Shown piece by piece: positions 1 through 7,965 of a DNA stretch of 64,000 bases. A program made the position numbers and the translations under genes. This stretch comes from Candidatus Poriferisocius sp. (GTDB lineage Bacteria; Actinomycetota; Acidimicrobiia; Acidimicrobiales; Bin134), in the NCBI RefSeq assembly GCF_965219815.1, contig NZ_OZ244791.1, forward strand, positions 34,007 through 98,006, written 5' to 3'. Position 1 is the stretch's first letter. Each line of letters begins with the position of its first letter. The notes under the pieces are model-generated. The model made no database searches. It saw only the letters and a list, made by a program, of their open reading frames with translations, and had not been told where the DNA came from.

Positions 1-1
1 C

Positions 2-208
2 CCCGAAGCCTTCGAGGCGGCCATCCCCCACTGGCAGCGCCAAGGATTCCGCACCGGAATCATGAATGCCCACGAGGTGGCCAACGGCCTGGTTGCCTGC
101 ATGGATGCGCTGTTCGCCGCCCCCACCTTCGGGATCGAGTCGCTCCTGCTGCGGTCCCCCGAGCCCGAGGTGGCCAACGAATTCTCCTCCGACGTCGGCC
201 AGGAGTGA
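2..208 (+). CDS. 3' fragment of an unidentified CDS that begins upstream of the window
   Basis: Frame is open from the window edge to TGA at 206-208 (...PEPEVANEFSSDVGQE*). Third codon positions are GC-rich like neighbouring genes. No diagnostic motif. Confidence 0.4.
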   Translation, partial: PEAFEAAIPHWQRQGFRTGIMNAHEVANGLVACMDALFAAPTFGIESLLLRSPEPEVANEFSSDVGQE

Positions 209-221
209 GTAAGGCGAAGTT

Positions 222-1655
222 GTGGTAACCAAGCCAAGCGCCCTCGGCATCAAGGAACTCGCTGGCACCCCACCGGAGCTGATTCCCCGGAGTTACGACC
301 TCGAAGGCCTCGGCTACGTCGAGGCCGAATTCGAGGCTAGGGGCGAAGCGCATTCCTACAGGGCGGTTGGCGAATGGCGCCAGGACGGACGTGGAGAAGC
401 TGAGCCTGATGGATCAGCCCCCTTCACCACGAGATTGCTGGTGCGGCGCCCAGCCGAGTCCGCCAACTTCAGCGGCACGGTGGTGGTGGAGTGGCTGAAC
501 GTCTCCGGCGGTATCGACGCCTCCCCCGATTGGGACTATCTGCACCGTCATCTCATCCGGCGCGGCGATGCTTGGGTGGGGGTTTCAGCCCAAAAGGCCG
601 GCATCGACGGCGGCGGGCTCGCGTCTGGCATCCACCTCAAGCTGTTCAACGAAGAGCGGTACGGCCATCTGTCCCACCCGGGGGACGCCTTCTCCTTCGA
701 CATGTTCTCCCAGGTCGGCCAAGCCCTTGGGCTCGACGGGTCGCTCCTGTTGGGCGGCCTCGACGCCAACCGGGTGCTGGCGGTGGGGGAGTCGCAGTCG
801 GCTTCGTTCTTGGCCACCTACGTCAACATGGTGGATCCCTTAGTCCAGGTCTTCGACGGCTTCTTCCTCCACGGTCGGGCCGGAGTGCGGGTGGGGCTAG
901 ACGGCACCTTCAGGTCCCGCCGGCTCGACGACCAACCCGACCCGGCACGCGATCGGCCTGAGCAGGTCCGATCCGATGCCCGGGTGCCGGTGCTCCTGTT
1001 GAGCGCGGAGACCGATGTCACCGTGCTGGGCAACGGGGAGATCGAACAGCCCGACGGCGACCAAGTGCGGGTGTGGGAGCTTGCCGGGGCGGCTCACGCC
1101 GACACCTATCTGCTGGTGGCGTCACGCGCCGACGGAGGCCAGCTCGATCCCGAGGAATTCGCCCGAATGCTCGAACCGATCACCGAACTGGTGATCATGA
1201 CCGTGGAGCAGCCGATCAACTCCGCACCTCATCAGCACTACGTGGCCCAAGCCGCTCTGGAGCGCCTCGATCAATGGGTGGGCCAGGGCACCCCGCCACC
1301 CCATGCTGCCCGGCTCGACCTAGCCGAAGATGGCCGCGACTTCCGGCGGGACGAACTGGGCATTGCCCAGGGTGGCATCCGCAACCCCTGGGTCGACGCT
1401 CCCATCCGAGTGCTGTCCGGGCTCGGACAGCGGGGCGAGGGGTTCGCTCCCCTATTCGGAACCACCGCTGCTCTCGATCCGGACGCCGTGGCCCGGCTCT
1501 ACCCCGGAGGCCGCGGCAACTACCTCGCGGCGTTCACCCAGTCTCTCGACCAGACCATCACCAATGCCTTCATCCTGGAAGCTGACCGGGACGAGATTCT
1601 GGCCGTCGCGGCGGCAACTTACGAATTGGCCTTTCTAGACCCGGCGACCAGCTAG
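222..1655 (+). CDS. alpha/beta-hydrolase-fold protein, substrate unknown
   Basis: 477-aa ORF with GTG start. Nucleophile-elbow-like VGESQSA. Family assignment is from memory only. Confidence 0.6.
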   Translation: MVTKPSALGIKELAGTPPELIPRSYDLEGLGYVEAEFEARGEAHSYRAVGEWRQDGRGEAEPDGSAPFTTRLLVRRPAESANFSGTVVVEWLNVSGGIDASPDWDYLHRHLIRRGDAWVGVSAQKAGIDGGGLASGIHLKLFNEERYGHLSHPGDAFSFDMFSQVGQALGLDGSLLLGGLDANRVLAVGESQSASFLATYVNMVDPLVQVFDGFFLHGRAGVRVGLDGTFRSRRLDDQPDPARDRPEQVRSDARVPVLLLSAETDVTVLGNGEIEQPDGDQVRVWELAGAAHADTYLLVASRADGGQLDPEEFARMLEPITELVIMTVEQPINSAPHQHYVAQAALERLDQWVGQGTPPPHAARLDLAEDGRDFRRDELGIAQGGIRNPWVDAPIRVLSGLGQRGEGFAPLFGTTAALDPDAVARLYPGGRGNYLAAFTQSLDQTITNAFILEADRDEILAVAAATYELAFLDPATS

Positions 1656-1929
1656 CCCGATTGGGAGTGCCCTGACCACGATTCAACTCAGCACTCGCTG
1701 CATCATGCGGGCGAGCCGCGACTTTCTCTGGGTGATCATCCAGGGTTTTCTGGGTCTCGACTACGTCAGATGCGACACCTCAACTTGGTTGCTAGTGACT
1801 TCGACGCCCGCGAGGACGGTGTCATCGCTAGCGACGGTCATGGACTAGCTATTGACAAGGGGAATCAGTTGTAAGGCACTCGCGCGTGCTGGCACGAGCA
1901 CCCGCTTTTCGCAAACAGTTGATGGCTTG

Positions 1930-3462
1930 TTACTCCGGCGCGCCCTGTCTCATCCATTCCGACACATCCACGCCGACTCGCGACGCTGTCGAAGCGAAGC
2001 CGTGGACCGCATGAGATGCCACTTCGGCTCTCAGCCGCGTGATCGCCCGGTAGCTGACCTTGGTGCTCTCAAACCGCCAGTTCGGTGCTTCCCCTCCCGC
2101 CACCACCGACCCTTCCCCGTTTGGCTCGAACTCCGGCATGGCCAGTTTGTGCGGCTGCTGTTCGAACTTGACGGCCACAAACTGGCCATCTTCGTCCTGA
2201 AACATGGCGTCGGGTGTCTCATTCTCCGCGCTCTTGCGGAGCAGCATCATGGGGAAGGCCCTTTTTTCTTGGATGCGCACGCTGTCGCAAAGGGGTTGAA
2301 TGCAAAGCCAGTAGTTATCAGACGGGTCTTTGACCACCACTCCGAGTTCAAGTCTGGGGGGTTCAGAGCCAAACCCAGTCGAACACATGAGTGACGCGAG
2401 GGCATTGTCAGATTGTCGGTCATCGCCGAACGCTCCAACCAGGGTCTTCATATTTTTGGCACTGAGTTTGAGTGTCCCAACCTTCAACAGACCTGAAGCC
2501 ACTGCCTCTTGGGCAATCGCTGTGTCCTCTCCATTCTTGAGGTCGCTGGGGCAGTCTTCGGTGCTTCTCAGCAGCTCAGCCAATGCCTCAGGCGCAGAAA
2601 TCAGCCCTGCCTCTGCCAGGAAATCCCGCACTGCTTGGCCATCCCACTCTTCGTCTATTCGGTTGGCCATGAGCGTCTGCTTGAACTCGCTCGCCAGCAG
2701 CTCGAGGAACTGGGTGCCTGCGTCATCGGGCTCGGGCAGCAGGGCCCGGTGGACAAGCGCTCCTGCGTCCAATGTCGAATCGAAGGTCGCGAGCACCCGC
2801 GGAGCCGACTCGCGCAGCACGTTGATTCCTCGGAACGCGAATCTCGGCATCAGGCCCTTGAACACGAGTTCAAGGTCATCACGGACCATCTGCGGAAGGT
2901 CGGAATACCTTCTGGCGGTTCGACTGTCCTCCCCGCCAGTGAGCGGTATGCCCGGTTTCCCGAAGACCAGCACAATCGCATCATCTCGCCTCAGCACGAA
3001 ATCATGGATTTCTTCGAAGTCCGCATCATCCTTGAGGCGCGTGGCGACGTCCGTCAGGCTATGGGCGCCGGTGAATATGGCAACAACTACAAGACGGCCC
3101 TTGTTTTCCTCAGCGATGGCCTTGATCGCATTGACAGTTGCCGAGTGATCGCCGAACAACAGCCAGTCAAGTATCAGGAGATCGGCGATTTGAGCGCCGC
3201 GAAGCGCCAGGTTGACGAAATCAACGTGTTCTTCCAGTTCAAACACGCTGCAAACGATGTTCTCAGCAAGAAAGGCGCTTACCAAGCTCGATGGACGTAC
3301 AGGTGTTTCGTCCTCATCTGGCGGAGGGGTGAGCTCCGAATCTGGCTCACTGGGCAAGTCCTGCGCAATGTTGGAATCAAGAGCTTCGAGCTCCCTGAAA
3401 TCAGACTCAACACGATCGTCGATCACCAGGGCTGTTCGAAAGTAGTCGCTGATGGCAGTCAT
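1930..3462 (-). CDS. receiver (REC)-domain protein with a ~330-aa C-terminal domain of unknown function; third gene of the dcm operon
   Basis: 510 aa. D15-D16, D99 (LILDW), T131 (IFTG) and K169-P170 (FGKPG) reproduce the CheY-type receiver signature. An acidic/Pro-rich insert follows strand 1. Its ATG overlaps the upstream stop (ATGA, 3459-3462). Confidence 0.75.
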   Translation of the reverse strand: MTAISDYFRTALVIDDRVESDFRELEALDSNIAQDLPSEPDSELTPPPDEDETPVRPSSLVSAFLAENIVCSVFELEEHVDFVNLALRGAQIADLLILDWLLFGDHSATVNAIKAIAEENKGRLVVVAIFTGAHSLTDVATRLKDDADFEEIHDFVLRRDDAIVLVFGKPGIPLTGGEDSRTARRYSDLPQMVRDDLELVFKGLMPRFAFRGINVLRESAPRVLATFDSTLDAGALVHRALLPEPDDAGTQFLELLASEFKQTLMANRIDEEWDGQAVRDFLAEAGLISAPEALAELLRSTEDCPSDLKNGEDTAIAQEAVASGLLKVGTLKLSAKNMKTLVGAFGDDRQSDNALASLMCSTGFGSEPPRLELGVVVKDPSDNYWLCIQPLCDSVRIQEKRAFPMMLLRKSAENETPDAMFQDEDGQFVAVKFEQQPHKLAMPEFEPNGEGSVVAGGEAPNWRFESTKVSYRAITRLRAEVASHAVHGFASTASRVGVDVSEWMRQGAPE

Positions 3463-6347
3463 GGCTTCTTCCGCTGTGGGCGGATAATGAACTCAGCTCC
3501 ATCAGAACACCGTCCCAGGCTTATGTTCCATCCCGCCCGTTCGAGAACCTGGCTGGCGATGGCAAGGCCCAGACCACTGCCGCCCGGCTTGGTGGTGAAG
3601 CCGAAATCAAATACGCGTTCAGCGATATCATCGGCGATTCCCGGGCCACTGTCCTTGTAGACAAGCGCGTCTCCCTTTGTGCTTAATTCGATGCTGCGCG
3701 ATGGGCGTGGCTCGCTCTGCTCTATCCAATACAGGCTGTTGTCGACGAGATTGATGAACACGGGATAGAAGGTCGAGGTGTAGCCCTCGAGGGCGAATGC
3801 TTGGAATTCCCGGCTCGGGCGGATCTCGACTCCGACATGACGCAGGCGCTCGTAGAACAGCTCACCGAGAAACCGCGAGATGTCACTTCCCTTTATGGCG
3901 GTCTTCTTGCGCCTCAGCCGCCGCTGCATGGGAGTCAGCATTGAAAGGTAGCTGTCGAGGTGGTCGAAGTCCCGTCTCAGGTCTTCGTAGAGGCCGACGA
4001 GCTGGGGATTCTTCTTGGCCCACGTTCCCACCCTTCTCACATCGCTTCGAATGCTGTTCACGGTGGCGCGGAATTCGTGGTCAACCACGGCCAGCGCCAT
4101 TCCCAATTGGACGAGTTCTAGTTGCGCGTCGGCCTGGGCGCGGAGCTCGACGATCTCGGCGTCGGCTGCGGCCGCGAAATCGTCGGGAGTCGGCGCTTCA
4201 GCGGTGAACACAAGCCCGTTCGCCTGCACGAGATTGGAGACTCGGGCCAGCTTTCGGACTGTGTTCGCTGCCAGCGATTCCAGCGCTTGCTCGAAGTCAG
4301 CCTGTTCTTGGATCCATCCGCTGCTTTCCGACGTGTTCGGTGCCGCGAAGGCCGCCATCTCGGTGTCGAATTCCTGGCGAAGCCCGGTGAGCGTGTTCTG
4401 CACGGCCTCGCTCAAGCCAGTCAGGGCGAGGCTAGCCTCGTCATAGGCACCGGCAAACTCTTCCCGGGCCGCTGCGATTCGCTCCTCGACAAACGCCCGC
4501 CGCTCCTTTTCGTCTGCCTCCTGCGCAGCCAGCCGGGCCTCGACCGCAGCAGCCAGTGAGTCAACGGCGTCGAGTGCCGGTCGAACGTAGGAACTCTCCA
4601 CATCGGATAGGCCTCGTTCTACGTGACGCATGTCCTGGCGCATTGGGCCGGTTGGCGCGAAGCCTTCGGGCTCGTCGAACTCCAACGGCTCAAGGAGCTC
4701 ACGCAGGTCTCGCCTGGCCTCTGCAACGCTGATCGCCGCCGGCTGGAGGCGGTCAATGTCATCAAGGCGCTCGCTGAGATCCTGCACTATCTCCGACGCC
4801 TGTTCCTGAAAGTCCGTCTCATCGAGGAACTGAACTGCGGTCGAGAGCTGGGCTTGCAGGTGCTTTCGTCCCGCCGCGGCCTGTTTGTCACGCTGTTTGC
4901 GGAGGCTGTCCTCTCGCCTCAGCCGCTCTCGGCCCTTCTCATAGGCCTGATTCTGTGGAGCGTCGCCGCGAAAGAACCTGGCGGCCAACTCCACGAACAG
5001 GTTTACCAATAGCCGCTGGAAGTCGGTGTAGGCCCGGCCTCGGGTAAAGCCCTCTCGTCCTGCTTTTTCCTGCAAATCGGGGTTCTGGTCGCTGGAAAGG
5101 CGAACGGCGCCGAACATGCGCCGATAGGAGAAGTAGTAGTAGCTCGCTCCAAGGGTGCGGCGCTCTTCTATTGCCAGGTAGTCAAAGTCGGGGCGCCCAT
5201 AGGGCTGCACTCGGATTCCGTCCATGTACACGTACAGGCCCCCGAGCTTTCGAAGCTTCCGGCTCATCTCTGCGTACTCTTCGGGGTCGAGCCGGGACTC
5301 GCTCGCCAGTCCCTGCACGTAGCCCAGCTCAAATGAGAACGGCCCGCACCGCGGCTGCATTGAGTCAGGGCACTTGATCACGAAGTCTTCAAGGGTCTCG
5401 TCGTAGATCCGTATCGACCCGGTGAAATCCCCGTTGTCGTCGAACTGGCCGGCTATCTCGTGATCCGCATGGTTGAAGTCCGCGGCATCGAAGAAGTCTT
5501 CAGACTCGAGCAGATTCTGGTCGTCGCCTCCGCCGCGATGATCCACAAAACTGATGGAGAAGTCGGGCTTCGCCGATTTTGGGAGCCAGGCATCGGTGAA
5601 TCCGTGCAGTGTGTGGTCGAGCAGCGGGGCTTCCTTGGGGTTGGGGTTCTCAATCTCCGCGGGAAGGACGTCGGAAACCGGCGCGATGATGAACTGTGTG
5701 CCCGACCCGTCGATCGGCACGAGGTCGGGGATGTCTTCGAACGGGTCGGACGGCATGGCGTCCAAGTCGGCGAGAATCTGATCCAGCCGGGACGACCACT
5801 GCGGCGTGCTGTCCAATGCGCGAAAGCCGGCCACCGCCTCCTCCAGCGGCGCCTTCAAACGGGCGATGTCTTCACCGGTGAGCTCATCGGAGTCGAGCTC
5901 GGACAATCCCACGGGAACATCGTCCAAGTCGATTCGCGGGAGCTCGAACATCTTCCAGCTCACCAGCGCGGCAATCGCTGGGTGTCCCTTGCGCTTGGAT
6001 ACCACCAGCACCTGGCTGCCAAGAGCGCCGATGGCGAACCGGCCGATGCCCTTCTCGCCGAGTTGCACCCGCTCGCGCATCCCCTTTGGTTTGGGTACGG
6101 GGGTTCGGTCCAACTTCGACTCGGTTGCGATGGTCAGCCAAGCCTGCTCAAAGGTCTCGCGGTCCATCCCCACACCGTCATCGCTCACAACCAGCAGGTT
6201 GAGTGGGCGGAAGAAATCCGCGCGGGCTTTCGTGGCGTATGCGTCGTGGGAGTTCTTGAACAGCTCGCTCAGCGCGGTGGGAAGGTTTGCGATCTGCTGC
6301 CTTCCGAGCATGTCTACGGCCCGAGCCCTCGCCCGGAAACCGGTCAC
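3459..6347 (-). CDS. 962-aa protein: N-terminal MORC/HSP90-type GHKL ATPase module, central coiled-coil region, C-terminal histidine-kinase core
   Basis: N-terminal motifs: E28-x3-N32-x2-D35-A (SELFKNSHDA), DDGVGM 56-61, GEKGIG 97-102. C-terminal motifs: H-box VVDH757EFR (codon 4077-4079), N-box NLVDN870S, G1 DSGPG 899-903, F-box FDFGF, G2 GGSGLGLA 922-929. GTG start overlaps the dcm stop (GTGA, 6344-6347). Confidence 0.8.
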   Translation of the reverse strand: MTGFRARARAVDMLGRQQIANLPTALSELFKNSHDAYATKARADFFRPLNLLVVSDDGVGMDRETFEQAWLTIATESKLDRTPVPKPKGMRERVQLGEKGIGRFAIGALGSQVLVVSKRKGHPAIAALVSWKMFELPRIDLDDVPVGLSELDSDELTGEDIARLKAPLEEAVAGFRALDSTPQWSSRLDQILADLDAMPSDPFEDIPDLVPIDGSGTQFIIAPVSDVLPAEIENPNPKEAPLLDHTLHGFTDAWLPKSAKPDFSISFVDHRGGGDDQNLLESEDFFDAADFNHADHEIAGQFDDNGDFTGSIRIYDETLEDFVIKCPDSMQPRCGPFSFELGYVQGLASESRLDPEEYAEMSRKLRKLGGLYVYMDGIRVQPYGRPDFDYLAIEERRTLGASYYYFSYRRMFGAVRLSSDQNPDLQEKAGREGFTRGRAYTDFQRLLVNLFVELAARFFRGDAPQNQAYEKGRERLRREDSLRKQRDKQAAAGRKHLQAQLSTAVQFLDETDFQEQASEIVQDLSERLDDIDRLQPAAISVAEARRDLRELLEPLEFDEPEGFAPTGPMRQDMRHVERGLSDVESSYVRPALDAVDSLAAAVEARLAAQEADEKERRAFVEERIAAAREEFAGAYDEASLALTGLSEAVQNTLTGLRQEFDTEMAAFAAPNTSESSGWIQEQADFEQALESLAANTVRKLARVSNLVQANGLVFTAEAPTPDDFAAAADAEIVELRAQADAQLELVQLGMALAVVDHEFRATVNSIRSDVRRVGTWAKKNPQLVGLYEDLRRDFDHLDSYLSMLTPMQRRLRRKKTAIKGSDISRFLGELFYERLRHVGVEIRPSREFQAFALEGYTSTFYPVFINLVDNSLYWIEQSEPRPSRSIELSTKGDALVYKDSGPGIADDIAERVFDFGFTTKPGGSGLGLAIASQVLERAGWNISLGRCSDGAEFIIRPQRKKP

Positions 6348-7477
6348 GCCGCCGACCTCGCTGCCTGCTCGATATCAGCGGCGACCTTCCCGCTCTGATC
6401 TTGGATGCTCATGCTGCCAATTCGGCGCATCTCACCCACATGGTCCATGAGGTGGCGTCCGAAGTGCTCGGCCAGAAGAACCGGGACGGCGTTGCCGATC
6501 TGCTTGCCCTGGGAGGTGAGGCTGCCGGTGAACCGAAAGGAGTTCGGAAAGGTCTGGAGTCGGGCCGCTTCTCGCGCGCTGAGAGCCCGATCCTAGCTGG
6601 GGTGGCCGAAGCGCCCGTTGCTGTAGCTGAGGCACTTGGTGGTCAGTGTTGGCGCCGGACTGTCCCACCTCAACCTGCCGTACACGTCGGTGTGACCGTC
6701 AAAGCCTCCCTGGTGGCAGTCGGGCCAAAGACGGCGCGGCCAATCCCGGCGATCACCGCCCTCCGGCGTTGCCCGAATCCGCTTCAAGTTCAAGTCCGAG
6801 AGCATCATGGCCCTGTGGTTGCTGATGTCGGAATCCTCCTGCCCGGCTTCGATCGGGGGAAGAGAGCCGATCCAGTCTCGAATCGTCGAATGCGGCTCGC
6901 CGGCTTCGAGGCCATGGGTCGGAAGCGGCAGCTTGATGGGCCCGAGCCGGCTTGCCACCAGCACGAGACGGCGCCGCGTCTGCGGGATCCCGTAGTCGGC
7001 ACTCGAGATGATGTCGACGGACACGTCGTGTGTTTTGGACACCTCGTCCACGAACTCGGCCAAGGGGCCCCGCGAGGTGGACAGACGCTGCATCCCTGGG
7101 ACGTTCTCCACAAAGATCAGCTCTGGATTTGAGGCCTTCACGAACCGGAGAAACTCAAGCAGTAGGAACGACCGTTTGTCCAAGGCAGTCGGCCCGTGCC
7201 GGTGGCCTGAGAAAGGCTGACAAGGAGCGCACCCGGCAAAGAGCCTGATCGCCTCGCCGCGGGGCGGCAGCACCTCTTCCACCTCGTCAACCGAGAGGCT
7301 GAGGATGTCGCGCTCCAAAAACGTTGTCTCCGGGAAATTCAGCCGATATGTCGCCGCCGCATCCGAATCCCAATCGATGGCAAGCACAGGTTCGATGCCA
7401 GCATCGGCAAACCCCCGAGTCGAACCGCCGCATCCCGAGAAGAAGTCCGCCAGCACCACTCCTGCACTCATGTTCAT
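6344..7477 (-). pseudogene. DNA (cytosine-5)-methyltransferase interrupted by a single in-frame TAG (codon 295, nt 6593-6595)
   Basis: Upstream part carries motif I FFSGCGG, IV GCAPCQPFS, VI ENVPGM and VIII QTRRRLVLVA. The same frame after the TAG reads DRALSAREAARLQTFPNSFRF...QIGNAVPVLLAE (motifs IX and X) and runs to TGA at 6344-6346. Confidence 0.85.
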
Positions 7478-7825
7478 GGCTTTGCCCTCAGCGCGCTCAG
7501 CATGGGGAGTCCCCTTTCCTCACAACAGAAAGCAACTCGCTGGTTGGGCCTAAGCACCACCAGAAAGGCGACCGACCTAATGCGCACACCTGAACTCCAT
7601 TCTGACCAGCCAGCGCATGGTTCAAACACCGCTACAACAACATCGACAGTAAACCAGAGACCCATGACAAATTCCCATACTGGACCCCACTCGACCATCG
7701 CCACCAGCCGCTGTCGGTATCGGCAGCCGCCCGCAACCGGGCTTGGACCGGTCGGCATTGCGAGCAGTCCGCACGCACGCCAGCCGTAAACGCGCAACCC
7801 ATGATCGACCGAGTAGTTGTAGTGA

Positions 7826-7835
7826 GTCAGCTGAC
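7826..7835. promoter_or_regulatory. 10-bp perfect palindrome GTCAGCTGAC in the dcm / XRE-ImmA divergent intergenic region
   Basis: Read directly. Preceded by TGA, giving TGAGTCAGCTGAC, which is related to the palindrome at 7908-7921. Confidence 0.35.
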
Positions 7836-7907
7836 ATGGCAAATCACCTGTTATGCCTCTCAGCTTCTTGCCCATGTCGGCGCAACAAATCAGGTAAAGT
7901 TACGCGT

Positions 7908-7921
7908 TGAGTCATGACTCA
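7908..7921. promoter_or_regulatory. 14-bp perfect palindrome TGAGTCATGACTCA, candidate HTH operator
   Basis: Read directly. Lies 45 bp upstream of the XRE-ImmA start at 7966. Confidence 0.4.
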
Positions 7922-7965
7922 TCAGAATTCGTAACAAATCTGTCGTAGAGGGATCGGGGACTGCA

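Noticed and set aside
1886-1910. Hairpin GTGCT-GGCACG-AGCAC followed by CCGCTTTTC between convergent genes
   Set aside because: The stem is only 5 bp. It lies 230 nt from the + strand gene end and has no U-tract in the minus-strand orientation. Too weak to call a terminator.
7474-7875. 133-aa minus-strand ORF whose TGA overlaps the dcm ATG (ATGA at 7474-7477); a possible fourth operon gene or controller protein
   Set aside because: The composition is implausible for a real protein (7 Trp and 6 Cys in 133 aa). It has no motif and no convincing RBS. The overlap could be coincidental. Worth testing only with transcript or ribosome data.
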